Virus record (IMG/VR): IMGVR_UViG_3300012346_000313
Location: 1-36,947 of that record
Source: a virus
Lineage: Duplodnaviria; Caudoviricetes
Length of the DNA: 36,947 bases
Strand: one strand, 5' to 3'
Each line of letters begins with the position of its first letter. The stretch's first letter is position 1. Position numbers and translations under genes: made by a program. The notes beneath the pieces were generated by a model. It was given only the letters and a program-made list of their open reading frames with translations. It was not told the origin of the DNA and made no database searches. This document shows positions 1-9,374 of this stretch, piece by piece.

Positions 1-55
1 GAAAAGAGAATAGGTATTTATGGGCGGCCTGAATATATTTGGGAAATTTGCTAAC
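1..55. repeat. Terminal direct repeat, left copy (circular overlap)
   Basis: 1-55 is identical to 36893-36947 (GAAAAGAGAATAGG...TTTGCTAAC). Confidence 0.97.
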
Positions 56-142
56 GTTTCGTGTATGAGCAGTGGCACTTGTACACACTTTCAAATTAGC
101 ACTAAACTATCCGTGCCATTGCTTATACACGGTGTTATACGC
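47..142 (-). mobile_element. attC-like recombination hairpin 1
   Basis: TTTGCTAAC (47-55), an 18-bp stem 61-78/113-130 with two G.T wobbles on the + strand, then GTTATACGC (134-142). This is the AAC...GTT architecture of integron attC sites. Confidence 0.75.
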
Positions 143-528
143 TTTTATATTTTAAATTATGGAATCAATTATAGAAAGACAAAAAATAGACTGCAATTGT
201 AATGACTGTAAGCACATGGTTAGAAATCAAGAAAAATTTAAACAATCACTTGAATTTCAACAAAAAATGCAGTTTGATTATTTTACAACCATAAAAAACA
301 AACTCATTAAAAAAGCAAATGAGTATAAAGATAGATGGTATGATTTAGAAAACTGGGATAGGCTTTTAACCAAAGCCGAAAATATGAAATTCCAATTTGA
401 TAAGTCAGCAGCAAGTATCAATTTTGGAACTTGCTCAAAACTTAGCAGAGAAGTATCATTTATCCCCAATATATGTCAATTAGAAACTCAGGAATGTTTT
501 TTGCATCGCAGGGACTAATTGCGTATAA
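55..528. mobile_element. Integron-like gene cassette 1 (474 bp)
   Basis: GTTATACGC (134-142) and GCGTATAAC (521-529) are exact reverse complements flanking a single ORF. The left junction is at the TAA|C stop of the upstream gene. Confidence 0.7.
159..518 (+). CDS. Cys-rich hypothetical protein (cassette 1 cargo)
   Basis: 119-aa ORF with CNCNDC near the N-terminus and three more Cys near the C-terminus; possible metal binding. Confidence 0.75.
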   Translation: MESIIERQKIDCNCNDCKHMVRNQEKFKQSLEFQQKMQFDYFTTIKNKLIKKANEYKDRWYDLENWDRLLTKAENMKFQFDKSAASINFGTCSKLSREVSFIPNICQLETQECFLHRRD

Positions 529-578
529 CTGAGAGATAAAATCCGTTTTTTTAATGGATTTTATCGGGAGTTAGCAAA
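521..578. other. Short attC-like/recipient hairpin
   Basis: AAC-tgaga-GATAAAATCC (535-544), loop, GGATTTTATC (556-565)-ggga-GTTAGCAAA (570-578). The last motif is complementary to TTTGCTAAC (47-55). Confidence 0.6.
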
Positions 579-588
579 ATTGAAAACA

Positions 589-1026
589 ATGAGGAAATTA
601 GAAACTTACGGCAAGGTGGAAAACGGTATCTTAAAAATAAGTTACCGGGATAAGTTCAAAGATGCTTTAAAACTCTTTCCAGATAGCCGTATTCTGCTCA
701 CAATCGAAAAGCTATACAAACATAACTCCAAAGAGCAAAGAGGCTACTATTGGGCTGTAATTGTTTATCTTTATAAATTGGGAGCTTGGGAAACTCAACA
801 GCGTCAAATTACAGCGGATCAAGCACACAACGAATTGAAATTAAATTGTAACTTTGACGAAAAGTACAACGAAAAGACGGGCGAAATGGCAAGGTTTATA
901 AACAGCTCAGAACAAACAACCGTTGAACGTGAGGAATATCACACAAGATGCAGGCAGTTTATTTTAGACTGGTTTGGGATTGATGTACCCCTCCCGAATA
1001 CTCAAATGAAATTATTTTTAAAATAA
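589..1026 (+). CDS. NinB/YbcN-like recombination-associated protein
   Basis: EQRGYYWAV and SSEQTTVEREEY...FGIDVPLP resemble NinB-like motifs. ATG 589 preferred over TTG 580. Confidence 0.55.
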   Translation: MRKLETYGKVENGILKISYRDKFKDALKLFPDSRILLTIEKLYKHNSKEQRGYYWAVIVYLYKLGAWETQQRQITADQAHNELKLNCNFDEKYNEKTGEMARFINSSEQTTVEREEYHTRCRQFILDWFGIDVPLPNTQMKLFLK

Positions 1027-1028
1027 AT

Positions 1029-1056
1029 TTGTATATTAAAAAATATATTATCTTTG
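1029..1056 (+). promoter_or_regulatory. Bacteroidota-type housekeeping promoter
   Basis: TTG (1029-1031)-N17-TATCTTTG (1049-1056) matches TTG/TAnnTTTG. Confidence 0.7.
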
Positions 1057-1163
1057 TAATGCAGTTCAGTAAAATGAAAAACATAAATCCATACTCATTA
1101 ACACTGCCAAATGATCAATACTGGTCAACTGGACTGCCTTTGTTTTTGGGTATGGTATTTTTT

Positions 1164-1739
1164 ATGGAAAATTTAAAAACTATTCCAGGGTTTAGCAATT
1201 ACAAAACAGATGAATTTGGTAATATTTATTCATATTATAAATTTAGACGGTTATCAAATGAATTGCGAAAAATAAAACACTCAATTAGGAAAAGAGATGG
1301 TAGATGTTACGTCACAATTAAAAGTGATTCAGGGAAAATGCTAACAAGACATACTCATAAATTAGTTGCTTTATCACATTTACCAAATCCAAATAATTTT
1401 AAGATAGTAATGCACCTTGATAACAACCCTCAAAATAATCATATTTCTAATTTGAAATGGGGTACATCGCATGAAAATAACTTACAAGCATATAGACAAT
1501 TCAGAAAAAAGCCAAATATTAAATTGGGTCTTGAAAATTATAATACTAAATTCGACATTGAAACTATAAAGGAAATTCTTTTGGATTACGTTTGCGGTAT
1601 TAAAAAGAAAGATATTAAGATGAAATATAAAATATCTAAGTCCACTTTATATAGAATGGTAAGAGGAAAATCATACTTATCAAAAGTAGCTATTAATGAA
1701 ATTAGAGAGCAAAGACAATTAAAAATATTTGAACCATGA
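1164..1739 (+). CDS. NUMOD4-HNH homing endonuclease
   Basis: KTIPGFSNYKTDEFGNIYS (NUMOD4-like); HKLVALSHL...VMHLDNNPQNNHISNLKWGT (HNH). ATG 1164 follows a structured leader. Confidence 0.88.
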   Translation: MENLKTIPGFSNYKTDEFGNIYSYYKFRRLSNELRKIKHSIRKRDGRCYVTIKSDSGKMLTRHTHKLVALSHLPNPNNFKIVMHLDNNPQNNHISNLKWGTSHENNLQAYRQFRKKPNIKLGLENYNTKFDIETIKEILLDYVCGIKKKDIKMKYKISKSTLYRMVRGKSYLSKVAINEIREQRQLKIFEP

Positions 1740-1921
1740 TTTATCAATGTATCTGGATATTGAACGCTTTATTTTGGTTGGTAGTGATATTTTGCTTACT
1801 TCCTGTTTTCGCTGCCATTTGGTTACTAAGGGCAGGCGGAGAATGGATAGACCCGAAAACAAAACAGGACATGAAAGAATGCGACCAATATACCTACGAC
1901 CATGAAGAGCCATTACAATGA
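1736..1921 (+). CDS. Small membrane protein
   Basis: Hydrophobic N-terminal half; ATGA overlap with the upstream stop. Confidence 0.55.
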   Translation: MIYQCIWILNALFWLVVIFCLLPVFAAIWLLRAGGEWIDPKTKQDMKECDQYTYDHEEPLQ

Positions 1922-2573
1922 TGAAATACCGGCTAAATGGATTGTGGAGTTTGATTTCTGGAATGAATTTTTTTATTATTTGATGTATGTACCGATTAAA
2001 TTAACACTTGAAATTATGAAACCAGGTTACTGTGAAGAGTCAACAATTTGGATTAAAGATGAAAAGTTTTTCAGGCAATATGTCGCTTTTATAGGTCACG
2101 GGCTACGGGGTACGATGGCCGACATTGGAAAACCCAACGCTAAAATGGAATATCTTAGTAAATCATTTTTATCATATATTAATCAGATTGATGAAGGTGA
2201 TTTTAATTTTGATCAAATTTGCGATATTAAAGGTAACGATATTAAATTTGATATTGTATTTTGTTTTGAGATTTTAGAACATTTACAAAATCCTTTATGG
2301 TTTGCGACACAGCTAAAAAGAACTATGGCAGAATGCGGCACGTTGTTTTTATCTTTACCGGGCCGGCCTAAATTACTATGGACCGAACATCATTTCAGGG
2401 AGTACACTCCGAAAGAGTTAAACAAATGGATTCTTGAGCCTTTAGGACTTGTGATAATACGCAAAAAGAAATTAAGGATAACCCGCCCATTCTGGTTTTA
2501 CCTGACCGGAATACGCCCATTTTTAAGGATATTTTTTGACTTTACATGGATTTACGAAATAAAATACAAATGA
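1902..2573 (+). CDS. Class I SAM-dependent methyltransferase (start may be ATG 2016)
   Basis: MADIG motif I; FDIVFCFEILEHLQNP and GTLFLSLP are typical of Methyltransf_11/23 glycan/small-molecule methyltransferases. Confidence 0.8.
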   Translation: MKSHYNDEIPAKWIVEFDFWNEFFYYLMYVPIKLTLEIMKPGYCEESTIWIKDEKFFRQYVAFIGHGLRGTMADIGKPNAKMEYLSKSFLSYINQIDEGDFNFDQICDIKGNDIKFDIVFCFEILEHLQNPLWFATQLKRTMAECGTLFLSLPGRPKLLWTEHHFREYTPKELNKWILEPLGLVIIRKKKLRITRPFWFYLTGIRPFLRIFFDFTWIYEIKYK

Positions 2574-3472
2574 AAAACTGTATTCACTTTATCAAAGAAT
2601 CAACTTTCATTGAACGTGACCGGGTTTTACTCAATGCCACGATGTTTAAATTCAGAGGCTTTGTAAATCAGTTACTCGATTTATTATTTACAGGCTTCGA
2701 TAATTACTTCATTTGGTTTGCTGATTACCATGCTTTATTACCGGTTCTATGGGCTAATTTCAGGCATAAAAAGAGCTTTATAATAGTTGGTGGCCATGAC
2801 GCTTACAACCTGCCTGAGTTAAAATATGGGCTTTGGTACGGCAAAGGAATAAAGAAACGGATCCGGCGGGCAATGGCAAAAATAGCCCTCCGGAAATGCA
2901 CTAAGATTTTCACCGTAGCTGATCACTTGCGGGATAACCTGATAGGATTTGGAATAAATGGAAGTAAAATTCACACTATTTTACAATCGGTTGACCCTGA
3001 TTTTTGGACACCAGAACCCATTGAAAGGACTATTGATTATTTAACCGTTGGTTATGTCAGTGATTTACAAAGTTATCACCGGAAAGGGATTGATAGATTT
3101 ATCGGAATGGCAATTAAAGAGCCAACAAAGATATTTTGGCTTGTAGGTTATACTTATGACAAAATTATCCTTCCTGGAAATGTAGAAGTTTTACCCTCAG
3201 GCAATATCAATGAACTGAAAAGGCTTTATAATATGAGTAAAAATTACTGCCAGTTTTCAAGAGCAGAAGGCGGAGCAAATACACTCGTTGAGGCTATGTT
3301 CATGGGCTGCATTCCTATTGTATCAAGTGACGTTCCTTTTATGACGTGGGTTACTTCCTTTCCGTTAGTTTACAATCTTTATGGCAAAAAGCAAATTGAC
3401 CGGGCAGCGTTAATAAGATACTTTGCACCCGAAAAAAGATTAAAGGATATTAAGTTTCAAATTAATAACTAA
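2570..3472 (+). CDS. GT-B glycosyltransferase (GT4-like)
   Basis: RKGIDRFI and SRAEGGANTLVEAMFMGCIPIVS (EX7E motif). Confidence 0.88.
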   Translation: MKNCIHFIKESTFIERDRVLLNATMFKFRGFVNQLLDLLFTGFDNYFIWFADYHALLPVLWANFRHKKSFIIVGGHDAYNLPELKYGLWYGKGIKKRIRRAMAKIALRKCTKIFTVADHLRDNLIGFGINGSKIHTILQSVDPDFWTPEPIERTIDYLTVGYVSDLQSYHRKGIDRFIGMAIKEPTKIFWLVGYTYDKIILPGNVEVLPSGNINELKRLYNMSKNYCQFSRAEGGANTLVEAMFMGCIPIVSSDVPFMTWVTSFPLVYNLYGKKQIDRAALIRYFAPEKRLKDIKFQINN

Positions 3473-3477
3473 ACAAA

Positions 3478-3741
3478 ATGAAAACATTAATTAAAATTTT
3501 AGCATTATTCATTGTATTAATTTCATGTAAAGACAATGAAGAAAATAACACCGTAATTGAAAGGAATTACACAGTTGTAATTTCCAGCTCTATTAATAAC
3601 CATTACTTTGAAAGATATGCCTGCGATACGGTTATATGGATAACTGACAGGCATTTCAAATTAAAGAATTTTGACAGTAAAGAGGCTTGGATTGAAATAA
3701 ATTTACCTGAAGCATTAATTATGAAAGTGATTCCTAATTAA
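3478..3741 (+). CDS. Small lipoprotein
   Basis: MKTLIKILALFIVLIS-C lipobox followed by acidic KDNEEN. Confidence 0.7.
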   Translation: MKTLIKILALFIVLISCKDNEENNTVIERNYTVVISSSINNHYFERYACDTVIWITDRHFKLKNFDSKEAWIEINLPEALIMKVIPN

Positions 3742-3813
3742 TAACTAACTTTGCCAAATGGAATACAGGAAAGTAAATTTTGAAATTATCAAAATAATTC
3801 AAAACTTTTCAAA

Positions 3814-4101
3814 ATGAAAGGCGTAGGCAAAGGACATACAAACAACCCAGCCGGTAAACCTAAAGGAACTATCACAAAAAAAACAGAGCAATGGGAGAAA
3901 TTTAGAGATTTAGTATTGAATGATTTAACAACGGATGTTATTAAGATAGTGGGTAAAATGACAGACGAGCAAAAAGTTGATTTTTATGTTACGATTCTGA
4001 AATACTTTAAACCTGTTCAGGCGCAGGCAAAGATTGAAATAGACAAGCCCAACATAACAGCGATTCAATTTAACGTGGTAAAGGATGGTAGCAAAGATTG
4101 A
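3814..4101 (+). CDS. terS: Terminase small subunit (putative)
   Basis: NNPAGKPKG N-terminal motif; directly upstream of and overlapping TerL. Confidence 0.7.
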   Translation: MKGVGKGHTNNPAGKPKGTITKKTEQWEKFRDLVLNDLTTDVIKIVGKMTDEQKVDFYVTILKYFKPVQAQAKIEIDKPNITAIQFNVVKDGSKD

Positions 4102-5293
4102 CATACTGCCAGCTCAATTAGAGTTCATCGAATCAAACGTAACCCATACGGCTTACATTGGAGGCTTTGGGAGCGGTAAGTCAACAGCAGGAATACTAAA
4201 GACCATCACAAAGAAACTTCAAAATCCTGGTATGTCAGTTGCTTATTACCTGCCAACATATCAACTGATCAAAGATATTGCCTTCCCTAAATTTCAACAA
4301 TACCTGGACCTGATCGGAATTAAATACGATTTGAACCTGAGCGACAAAGTTTATTCAACTGACTTTGGAAAGATCATTCTAAGGTCAATGGAAGAACCGC
4401 AAAGAATAATCGGTTATGAAGTTTGTTATTCTTGTATTGATGAGGTAGATGTTATCCCAATGGATAAAATGAAAGAATCCTTCGCCAAGATCATAGCCAG
4501 GAATAGGGCAATAACAAAAGACGGTTTTAACCTTACTGACATGGTGGGAACACCTGAGGGCTTCGGGTTCGCTTATAATTATTTTATCAAAGACCCGAAG
4601 CCAAACCGTAAGATCATCAAAGTAAAGACAAAAGAGAATCCATACTTACCGAAAGGCTACATTGAAACACTGGAAGAAACCTACACACCCGCCCAGCTTG
4701 AAGCCTACTTAAACGGAGAGTTCATAAATCTGACTTCGGGGCGGGTTTATTCTAATTTCAACAGGAAAGATAATCATTCTAACAGGCAGGTGCAACCCGG
4801 TGATGTACTTCATATCGGAATGGATTTCAATATTCAGAATATGGCAGCCGTTGTTCATGTGATCGACAACGGCATAGCGTATGCGGTTGGTGAACTTACA
4901 AAGATTTATGACACCTCAGCAATGGTGACAGCTATTAAAAGCCGTTATTCAGGTCACTCAATAGTTATCTATCCTGATGCAGCGGGTAAAGCACGCAATA
5001 CAGCCGGATTCAGTGATATTGATATTTTGATGAAGGAAAAGTTTTCAATAAGGATGGCAAATAAAAACCCGTTTGTAAGGGATAGGGTAAACGCTATGAA
5101 TTTGCGGTTTTTAAACAATAAGGGCGAACGTAGATACTTCGTTAATACTTTCCAGTGTCCGGAATACACAGAGGCATTAGAACAGATCGCATACAAGAAT
5201 AACGAACCTGACAAGGATAGCGGGTTGGACCATATTACCGATTCTGGAGGTTACTGCATTTATATGATTTCACAAGTACAATTTACGATATGA
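4085..5293 (+). CDS. terL: Terminase large subunit
   Basis: Walker A GGFGSGKS, Walker B CIDE, GTPEG motif III, nuclease IGMDFN and DHITD. Confidence 0.95.
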   Translation: MVAKIDILPAQLEFIESNVTHTAYIGGFGSGKSTAGILKTITKKLQNPGMSVAYYLPTYQLIKDIAFPKFQQYLDLIGIKYDLNLSDKVYSTDFGKIILRSMEEPQRIIGYEVCYSCIDEVDVIPMDKMKESFAKIIARNRAITKDGFNLTDMVGTPEGFGFAYNYFIKDPKPNRKIIKVKTKENPYLPKGYIETLEETYTPAQLEAYLNGEFINLTSGRVYSNFNRKDNHSNRQVQPGDVLHIGMDFNIQNMAAVVHVIDNGIAYAVGELTKIYDTSAMVTAIKSRYSGHSIVIYPDAAGKARNTAGFSDIDILMKEKFSIRMANKNPFVRDRVNAMNLRFLNNKGERRYFVNTFQCPEYTEALEQIAYKNNEPDKDSGLDHITDSGGYCIYMISQVQFTI

Positions 5294-5520
5294 TAACCAT
5301 AATTGACACCGAAACAAAGGAGGTATTTGTTTATCAGAGTTATACCGATGCTGCTAAAAAGGTTAGCGTACAACCTGCCACGCTCAGGAATTGGTGTAAA
5401 ACCAAGACTACAATGAAGCAACGTCCCTGGGAAGTGAAAGACGGCTTTGAAATATACTTCAAAACAGAGTTTGTTAAATCCAATACAGGCTTTTCAATTA
5501 ACCCGCTGGTCAAATTTTAA
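5290..5520 (+). CDS. NUMOD1-like/HTH DNA-binding protein
   Basis: VYQSYTDAAKKVSVQPATLRNWC. Confidence 0.6.
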   Translation: MITIIDTETKEVFVYQSYTDAAKKVSVQPATLRNWCKTKTTMKQRPWEVKDGFEIYFKTEFVKSNTGFSINPLVKF

Positions 5521-5562
5521 TCACTTTACGCCACACAGAGATACAAAAAAACAACCTACCTA

Positions 5563-5594
5563 TTGACAAACACACCTTCGTAATTGTAAATTTA
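5563..5594 (+). promoter_or_regulatory. Probable promoter for the head operon
   Basis: TTG-N21-TAAATTTA (one mismatch to TAnnTTTG) in the intergenic gap before the portal gene. Confidence 0.5.
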
Positions 5595-5616
5595 ACCCGT
5601 TTTAAAACACAACGGG

Positions 5617-6966
5617 GTGGCATTATTCAAATCAAAAGAGTTAGCAACTCTTAAAAAGGAAGTTGCTGAACTCAAAACATTACAGACAAAAGCTGTAAAA
5701 TTCTTTGCTGATAACATTCCTGTTAACACCAACGGCTTTTCAGGCTTCATAAGCAACTCCGACACCTCAAACTTAGGGCTTATAAGAACAGCCGAAAGCA
5801 CCCCTGACATTTTCCAGATTACTGACTACGTTGCAACGATCATCAGCAACCTACCGATTAAGATTATCAAACCCAACGGCGAACCCTCAAAGAACGTTGA
5901 ACTTGCAAGACTTGTAAAGCAACCAAATTACTATCAGAATTGGAATGAATTAATAAAACAGTTTGCAGCCTATTACGAGTTACTTGGTAACGGGTATCTG
6001 TATTCGATAACACCTGAAGGAATGCGAACGATAAGCTCGTTGTTTGTATTGCCAACTCAGGCCGTCGGGGTTGTGTTACTGATGGATAAGAGGCAACCTA
6101 ACTGGATGAATGAAGTTTACGGCTATCAGGTTGAAATTGGAGGCTATAAATACAACCTGCCAAAAGAATCCGTATTGCATAAGCGTTATTTTAACTATCA
6201 GTTTGAGGAAGGGGCTTACATCTATGGCATGAGTAAGTACATACCAGGTAACACCGTAGCAAACGAACTAAAAGCTATCTACGAAGCCAAGACAAGCATA
6301 ATCGGTAATCGAGGGATAATGGGAATACTAAGCAACGAAAGTAATGTCCCCGATCCTGAACAAACGGCACTAATTCAGGATAAGATTTATGAGTATGGAT
6401 TAGGAACCGGATTAAATAAGATTGCAGCCACCACGCAGAAGTTAAGCTATATTCAGTTAGCACTTGGACTGGATGAGTTGAAAATCATTGAAAACGCAAA
6501 GTATAGTTTTGAAACCCTTTGCAGGTTAAATGGATTTGACCCCGTTATCTTTTCAACAGAAGGAAGCACGTTTGCCAACAAAAAGGAAGCCCGTAAGGAT
6601 GCAATTAAAAATGTTATCAAACCAAAAGTAGATGACATTTACAATGATTTAAACGAGTGGTTAAGTCCTTTCTTTGGTGGTGACCGAATAGAGCCTGACT
6701 GGTCAATGGTAGAGGAATTACAAGCCGACATCAAAGCATTAACAGAAATTTGTAAGTTGCAATGGGAGTTTGGAGTTTTAACACCTAAAGAAGCTTATAA
6801 AATTATATGGAATAAAGAGCCTGAAAACCCTGAAATATCAGACGAATACAAAGGGCAAAAAGAAGAGCCGAAAGAGGAACCCAAACCCGAAGATGATTTA
6901 TTGAATGAACTATTAAAGACCCCGAAAAATGGAAATTCAACAAAAGCAATATCAGTCAAAAATTGA
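5617..6966 (+). CDS. Portal protein (HK97 family)
   Basis: IATIISNLPIK, QPNYYQ, ELLGNGY, YGMS motifs; position after TerL. Confidence 0.92.
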   Translation: MALFKSKELATLKKEVAELKTLQTKAVKFFADNIPVNTNGFSGFISNSDTSNLGLIRTAESTPDIFQITDYVATIISNLPIKIIKPNGEPSKNVELARLVKQPNYYQNWNELIKQFAAYYELLGNGYLYSITPEGMRTISSLFVLPTQAVGVVLLMDKRQPNWMNEVYGYQVEIGGYKYNLPKESVLHKRYFNYQFEEGAYIYGMSKYIPGNTVANELKAIYEAKTSIIGNRGIMGILSNESNVPDPEQTALIQDKIYEYGLGTGLNKIAATTQKLSYIQLALGLDELKIIENAKYSFETLCRLNGFDPVIFSTEGSTFANKKEARKDAIKNVIKPKVDDIYNDLNEWLSPFFGGDRIEPDWSMVEELQADIKALTEICKLQWEFGVLTPKEAYKIIWNKEPENPEISDEYKGQKEEPKEEPKPEDDLLNELLKTPKNGNSTKAISVKN

Positions 6967-7579
6967 CGGATTAACCGACAAAGGGCGGGTATTGATAGCC
7001 GTTAATGCCTTCGATAACGAAGATAGTGACAGGGATATATCGAAGCCAGGGAGTTATAAGAAAACCCTTAAAGAAAACTTCAATAGGGTTCGTTGGTTTC
7101 TGAACCATGACACAACTAAACTTTTAGGTGTACCTATTGAGGGTAAAGAAACCGGGCAATATTTACAGATGTTAGGGCAATTAAATCTTGAAAAACAGAT
7201 TGCAAGGGATACGTACGAGGATTATAAACTATATGCTGAACACGGCAAGACCTTAGAGCATTCAGTTGGGGTGCAGGCTGTAAAATTTAGCATTGATAAC
7301 GATTCAGGGATAAGGACAATAACCGAATGGAAGTTATGGGAGTTCTCTACGTTGACAAGTTGGGGAGCTAACGAAAATACGCCTTTACTTGGGATTAAAT
7401 CAATGGACGAACTCAAAGATTTGATTACAGAAATGAGCAATAATAGCCGCTATTCAGATGATCGAAAAAGAGCTATCGAAAATACACACAAAGCACTCAG
7501 TTTAGTTGAGCCGAGCAGAGTTTCACTCGATGACAGAGCCGCATTAAGGGACATTTACAAACTATTAAAAATTAATTAA
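6929..7579 (+). CDS. HK97-type prohead protease
   Basis: FDNEDSDRDI, FLNHD, HSVG, LWEFSTLTSWGAN. Confidence 0.93.
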   Translation: MEIQQKQYQSKIDGLTDKGRVLIAVNAFDNEDSDRDISKPGSYKKTLKENFNRVRWFLNHDTTKLLGVPIEGKETGQYLQMLGQLNLEKQIARDTYEDYKLYAEHGKTLEHSVGVQAVKFSIDNDSGIRTITEWKLWEFSTLTSWGANENTPLLGIKSMDELKDLITEMSNNSRYSDDRKRAIENTHKALSLVEPSRVSLDDRAALRDIYKLLKIN

Positions 7580-7591
7580 AAAACTAAACAA

Positions 7592-8932
7592 ATGGCAGAC
7601 GAAGTAAAGAAACTCACGGGCGAAGATATTACAACCCCTGAGATGTTGGCAGCGGAAATAAACAAGGCTTTTGCCAAGTATAACAGCTTGCTAACAAAGA
7701 CAGCAACCAGTCAGGAAGTGCGGGATATCCAGGCTACACTGATTGTAGAAAACAAAGAGCTTTTAACGAAGATTCAAAGCACTGGCGAACAAATGGATTT
7801 GCAAAAGAAAGAAGTTGAGAAACTTATTGACACTATCACAATCCAGGGCGACACGATTACAAAGATGAAAACAGCTTTCAATCCACGTGAAGAAAGTAAA
7901 ACATTTGGTTCGCAAGTATCCGAATGCGTGGCAACAAAGGACTTTCAGGATTTCATAGCAGGTAAAACATCAAAAGCAAAGTTTCAGATCGAAACAAAAG
8001 ACGTTGCTTTTACAGGAACTTATGGAGCAGGAGCAGCCGTGCAACCTTACCTTGCATTTCAAGCACCTCAACAGCCACCAATTGAGGCTTTTGATATTCG
8101 GTTATTGTTACCTACGGGTACGATTGACAGCTCTTCGCTTCAATTTCCGCAGGAATATGACCCGACAAATGCAAACGCAAATGTGATGCACCACGAAGCA
8201 GAAAACGGGGCAGCAAACGAAAACACTTTACAGTTCACAATGGGAACCGCTTATGCAACCCGTATAGCAGCATTTATTGAAGTAAGCCGTTCAGCCTTGC
8301 AAAATACAGCATGGTTAAACCAGTACATCACCAACCGGATGATGAGGACTTTCATAGGTGAACTAAACCAGCAGTCAATTTGCGGAGGTGGAAGTGCAGC
8401 AGGTATGGCAGGCGACAACGCCCTGAAAGGTCTGGTTGATTTTGCCAACACTTTTGCAGGTACTGAATTTTCGGCAAAGATTGCCAATGCTAATTACTTT
8501 GATGTATTGAATTGTGCTAAAGGTGAAATGAACGGACTTTACAGCATAGTTGCAAATACTTATCTTGTGAATCCTTACACCGGCACAATCTTAACAAGTT
8601 CAAAGAATACCATTTCGGACTTTGTAAGCCCGGCTACTTTCTTACAGCCTAATAACGCTGGTTATTCAGGAGCATTTGGAATGCGTCAGTATGAGGCTTC
8701 TGATATTGTCGCAGGTGAATATCTTGTGGCTTCAATCAGTCCTTCATTTATGCAATTACTCTTTAACGGGCCTATTGAAATTATGGCAACCGATGCACAC
8801 GCTTCTAACTTCATTGCTGACTTGGTTACGATTAAACTTGAAGCAAAGGTTTTACTTCCTGTTTACAACGCCAATGCTTTGATGAAAGGAACTTTTGAAA
8901 CCGATTATAACACAATTCTAAAGGGCGCATAA
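7592..8932 (+). CDS. Major capsid protein (HK97 fold with coiled-coil delta domain)
   Basis: Follows the protease; N-terminal coiled coil; EAENG, IAAFIEVSRSALQN, SNFIADLVTIKLE. Confidence 0.9.
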   Translation: MADEVKKLTGEDITTPEMLAAEINKAFAKYNSLLTKTATSQEVRDIQATLIVENKELLTKIQSTGEQMDLQKKEVEKLIDTITIQGDTITKMKTAFNPREESKTFGSQVSECVATKDFQDFIAGKTSKAKFQIETKDVAFTGTYGAGAAVQPYLAFQAPQQPPIEAFDIRLLLPTGTIDSSSLQFPQEYDPTNANANVMHHEAENGAANENTLQFTMGTAYATRIAAFIEVSRSALQNTAWLNQYITNRMMRTFIGELNQQSICGGGSAAGMAGDNALKGLVDFANTFAGTEFSAKIANANYFDVLNCAKGEMNGLYSIVANTYLVNPYTGTILTSSKNTISDFVSPATFLQPNNAGYSGAFGMRQYEASDIVAGEYLVASISPSFMQLLFNGPIEIMATDAHASNFIADLVTIKLEAKVLLPVYNANALMKGTFETDYNTILKGA

Positions 8933-9372
8933 TGAAAAAGCTATTAATCTTTTTAGCGTTATTCGCCATTGGAGTGATGGCGCACGCACAGAGCGATTAC
9001 ACGTACCCGATGACAATTAGCGGAACAGCGAGAGGTACATTCTGGAACTATACAGATACCCTGACCGACGGCCAAACACTTGACGCACTCATCAGAATAA
9101 AGAGTTCAACCGTTATGGATTTGACTTTCCAGGTTGTGTTCGATGAACTTACAGGAGCATCAACGGGAACGCTTACAATCTTAGGTTCAAACGATGGAGT
9201 GGTTTATTCGGCTGCTTATGTAGATGAAACAATCACAGCCGCATTAACAGCCGACGGCTGTATTTGGGGAACTGTTGATGATTTTAATTGCAGCTACATT
9301 AAAGTATTAATGACAACATCAGGAACTGAAACAAGTACAATGAAATGCTATTACTCAATACGAGAAGAATAA
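8932..9372 (+). CDS. Signal-peptide beta-rich protein, paralog 1 (putative capsid decoration)
   Basis: MKKLLIFLALFAIGVMAHA|Q. Shares GSNDGVxY, DDFNxSYxKV and YSIRxE with the next gene. Confidence 0.7.
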   Translation: MKKLLIFLALFAIGVMAHAQSDYTYPMTISGTARGTFWNYTDTLTDGQTLDALIRIKSSTVMDLTFQVVFDELTGASTGTLTILGSNDGVVYSAAYVDETITAALTADGCIWGTVDDFNCSYIKVLMTTSGTETSTMKCYYSIREE

Positions 9373-9374
9373 AA

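Noticed and set aside
1-55. 55-bp terminal repeat as a biological DTR
   Set aside because: It cuts through a gene and its length equals a common assembler k-mer, so it is more likely a circular-assembly overlap.
20-202. 60-aa ORF from the track
   Set aside because: It overlaps the end of the 36623 gene out of frame and runs through the attC-like hairpin; probably spurious.
1029-1163. N-terminal extension of the HNH ORF from TTG 1029
   Set aside because: The region holds the promoter and structured leader; the domain starts at ATG 1164.
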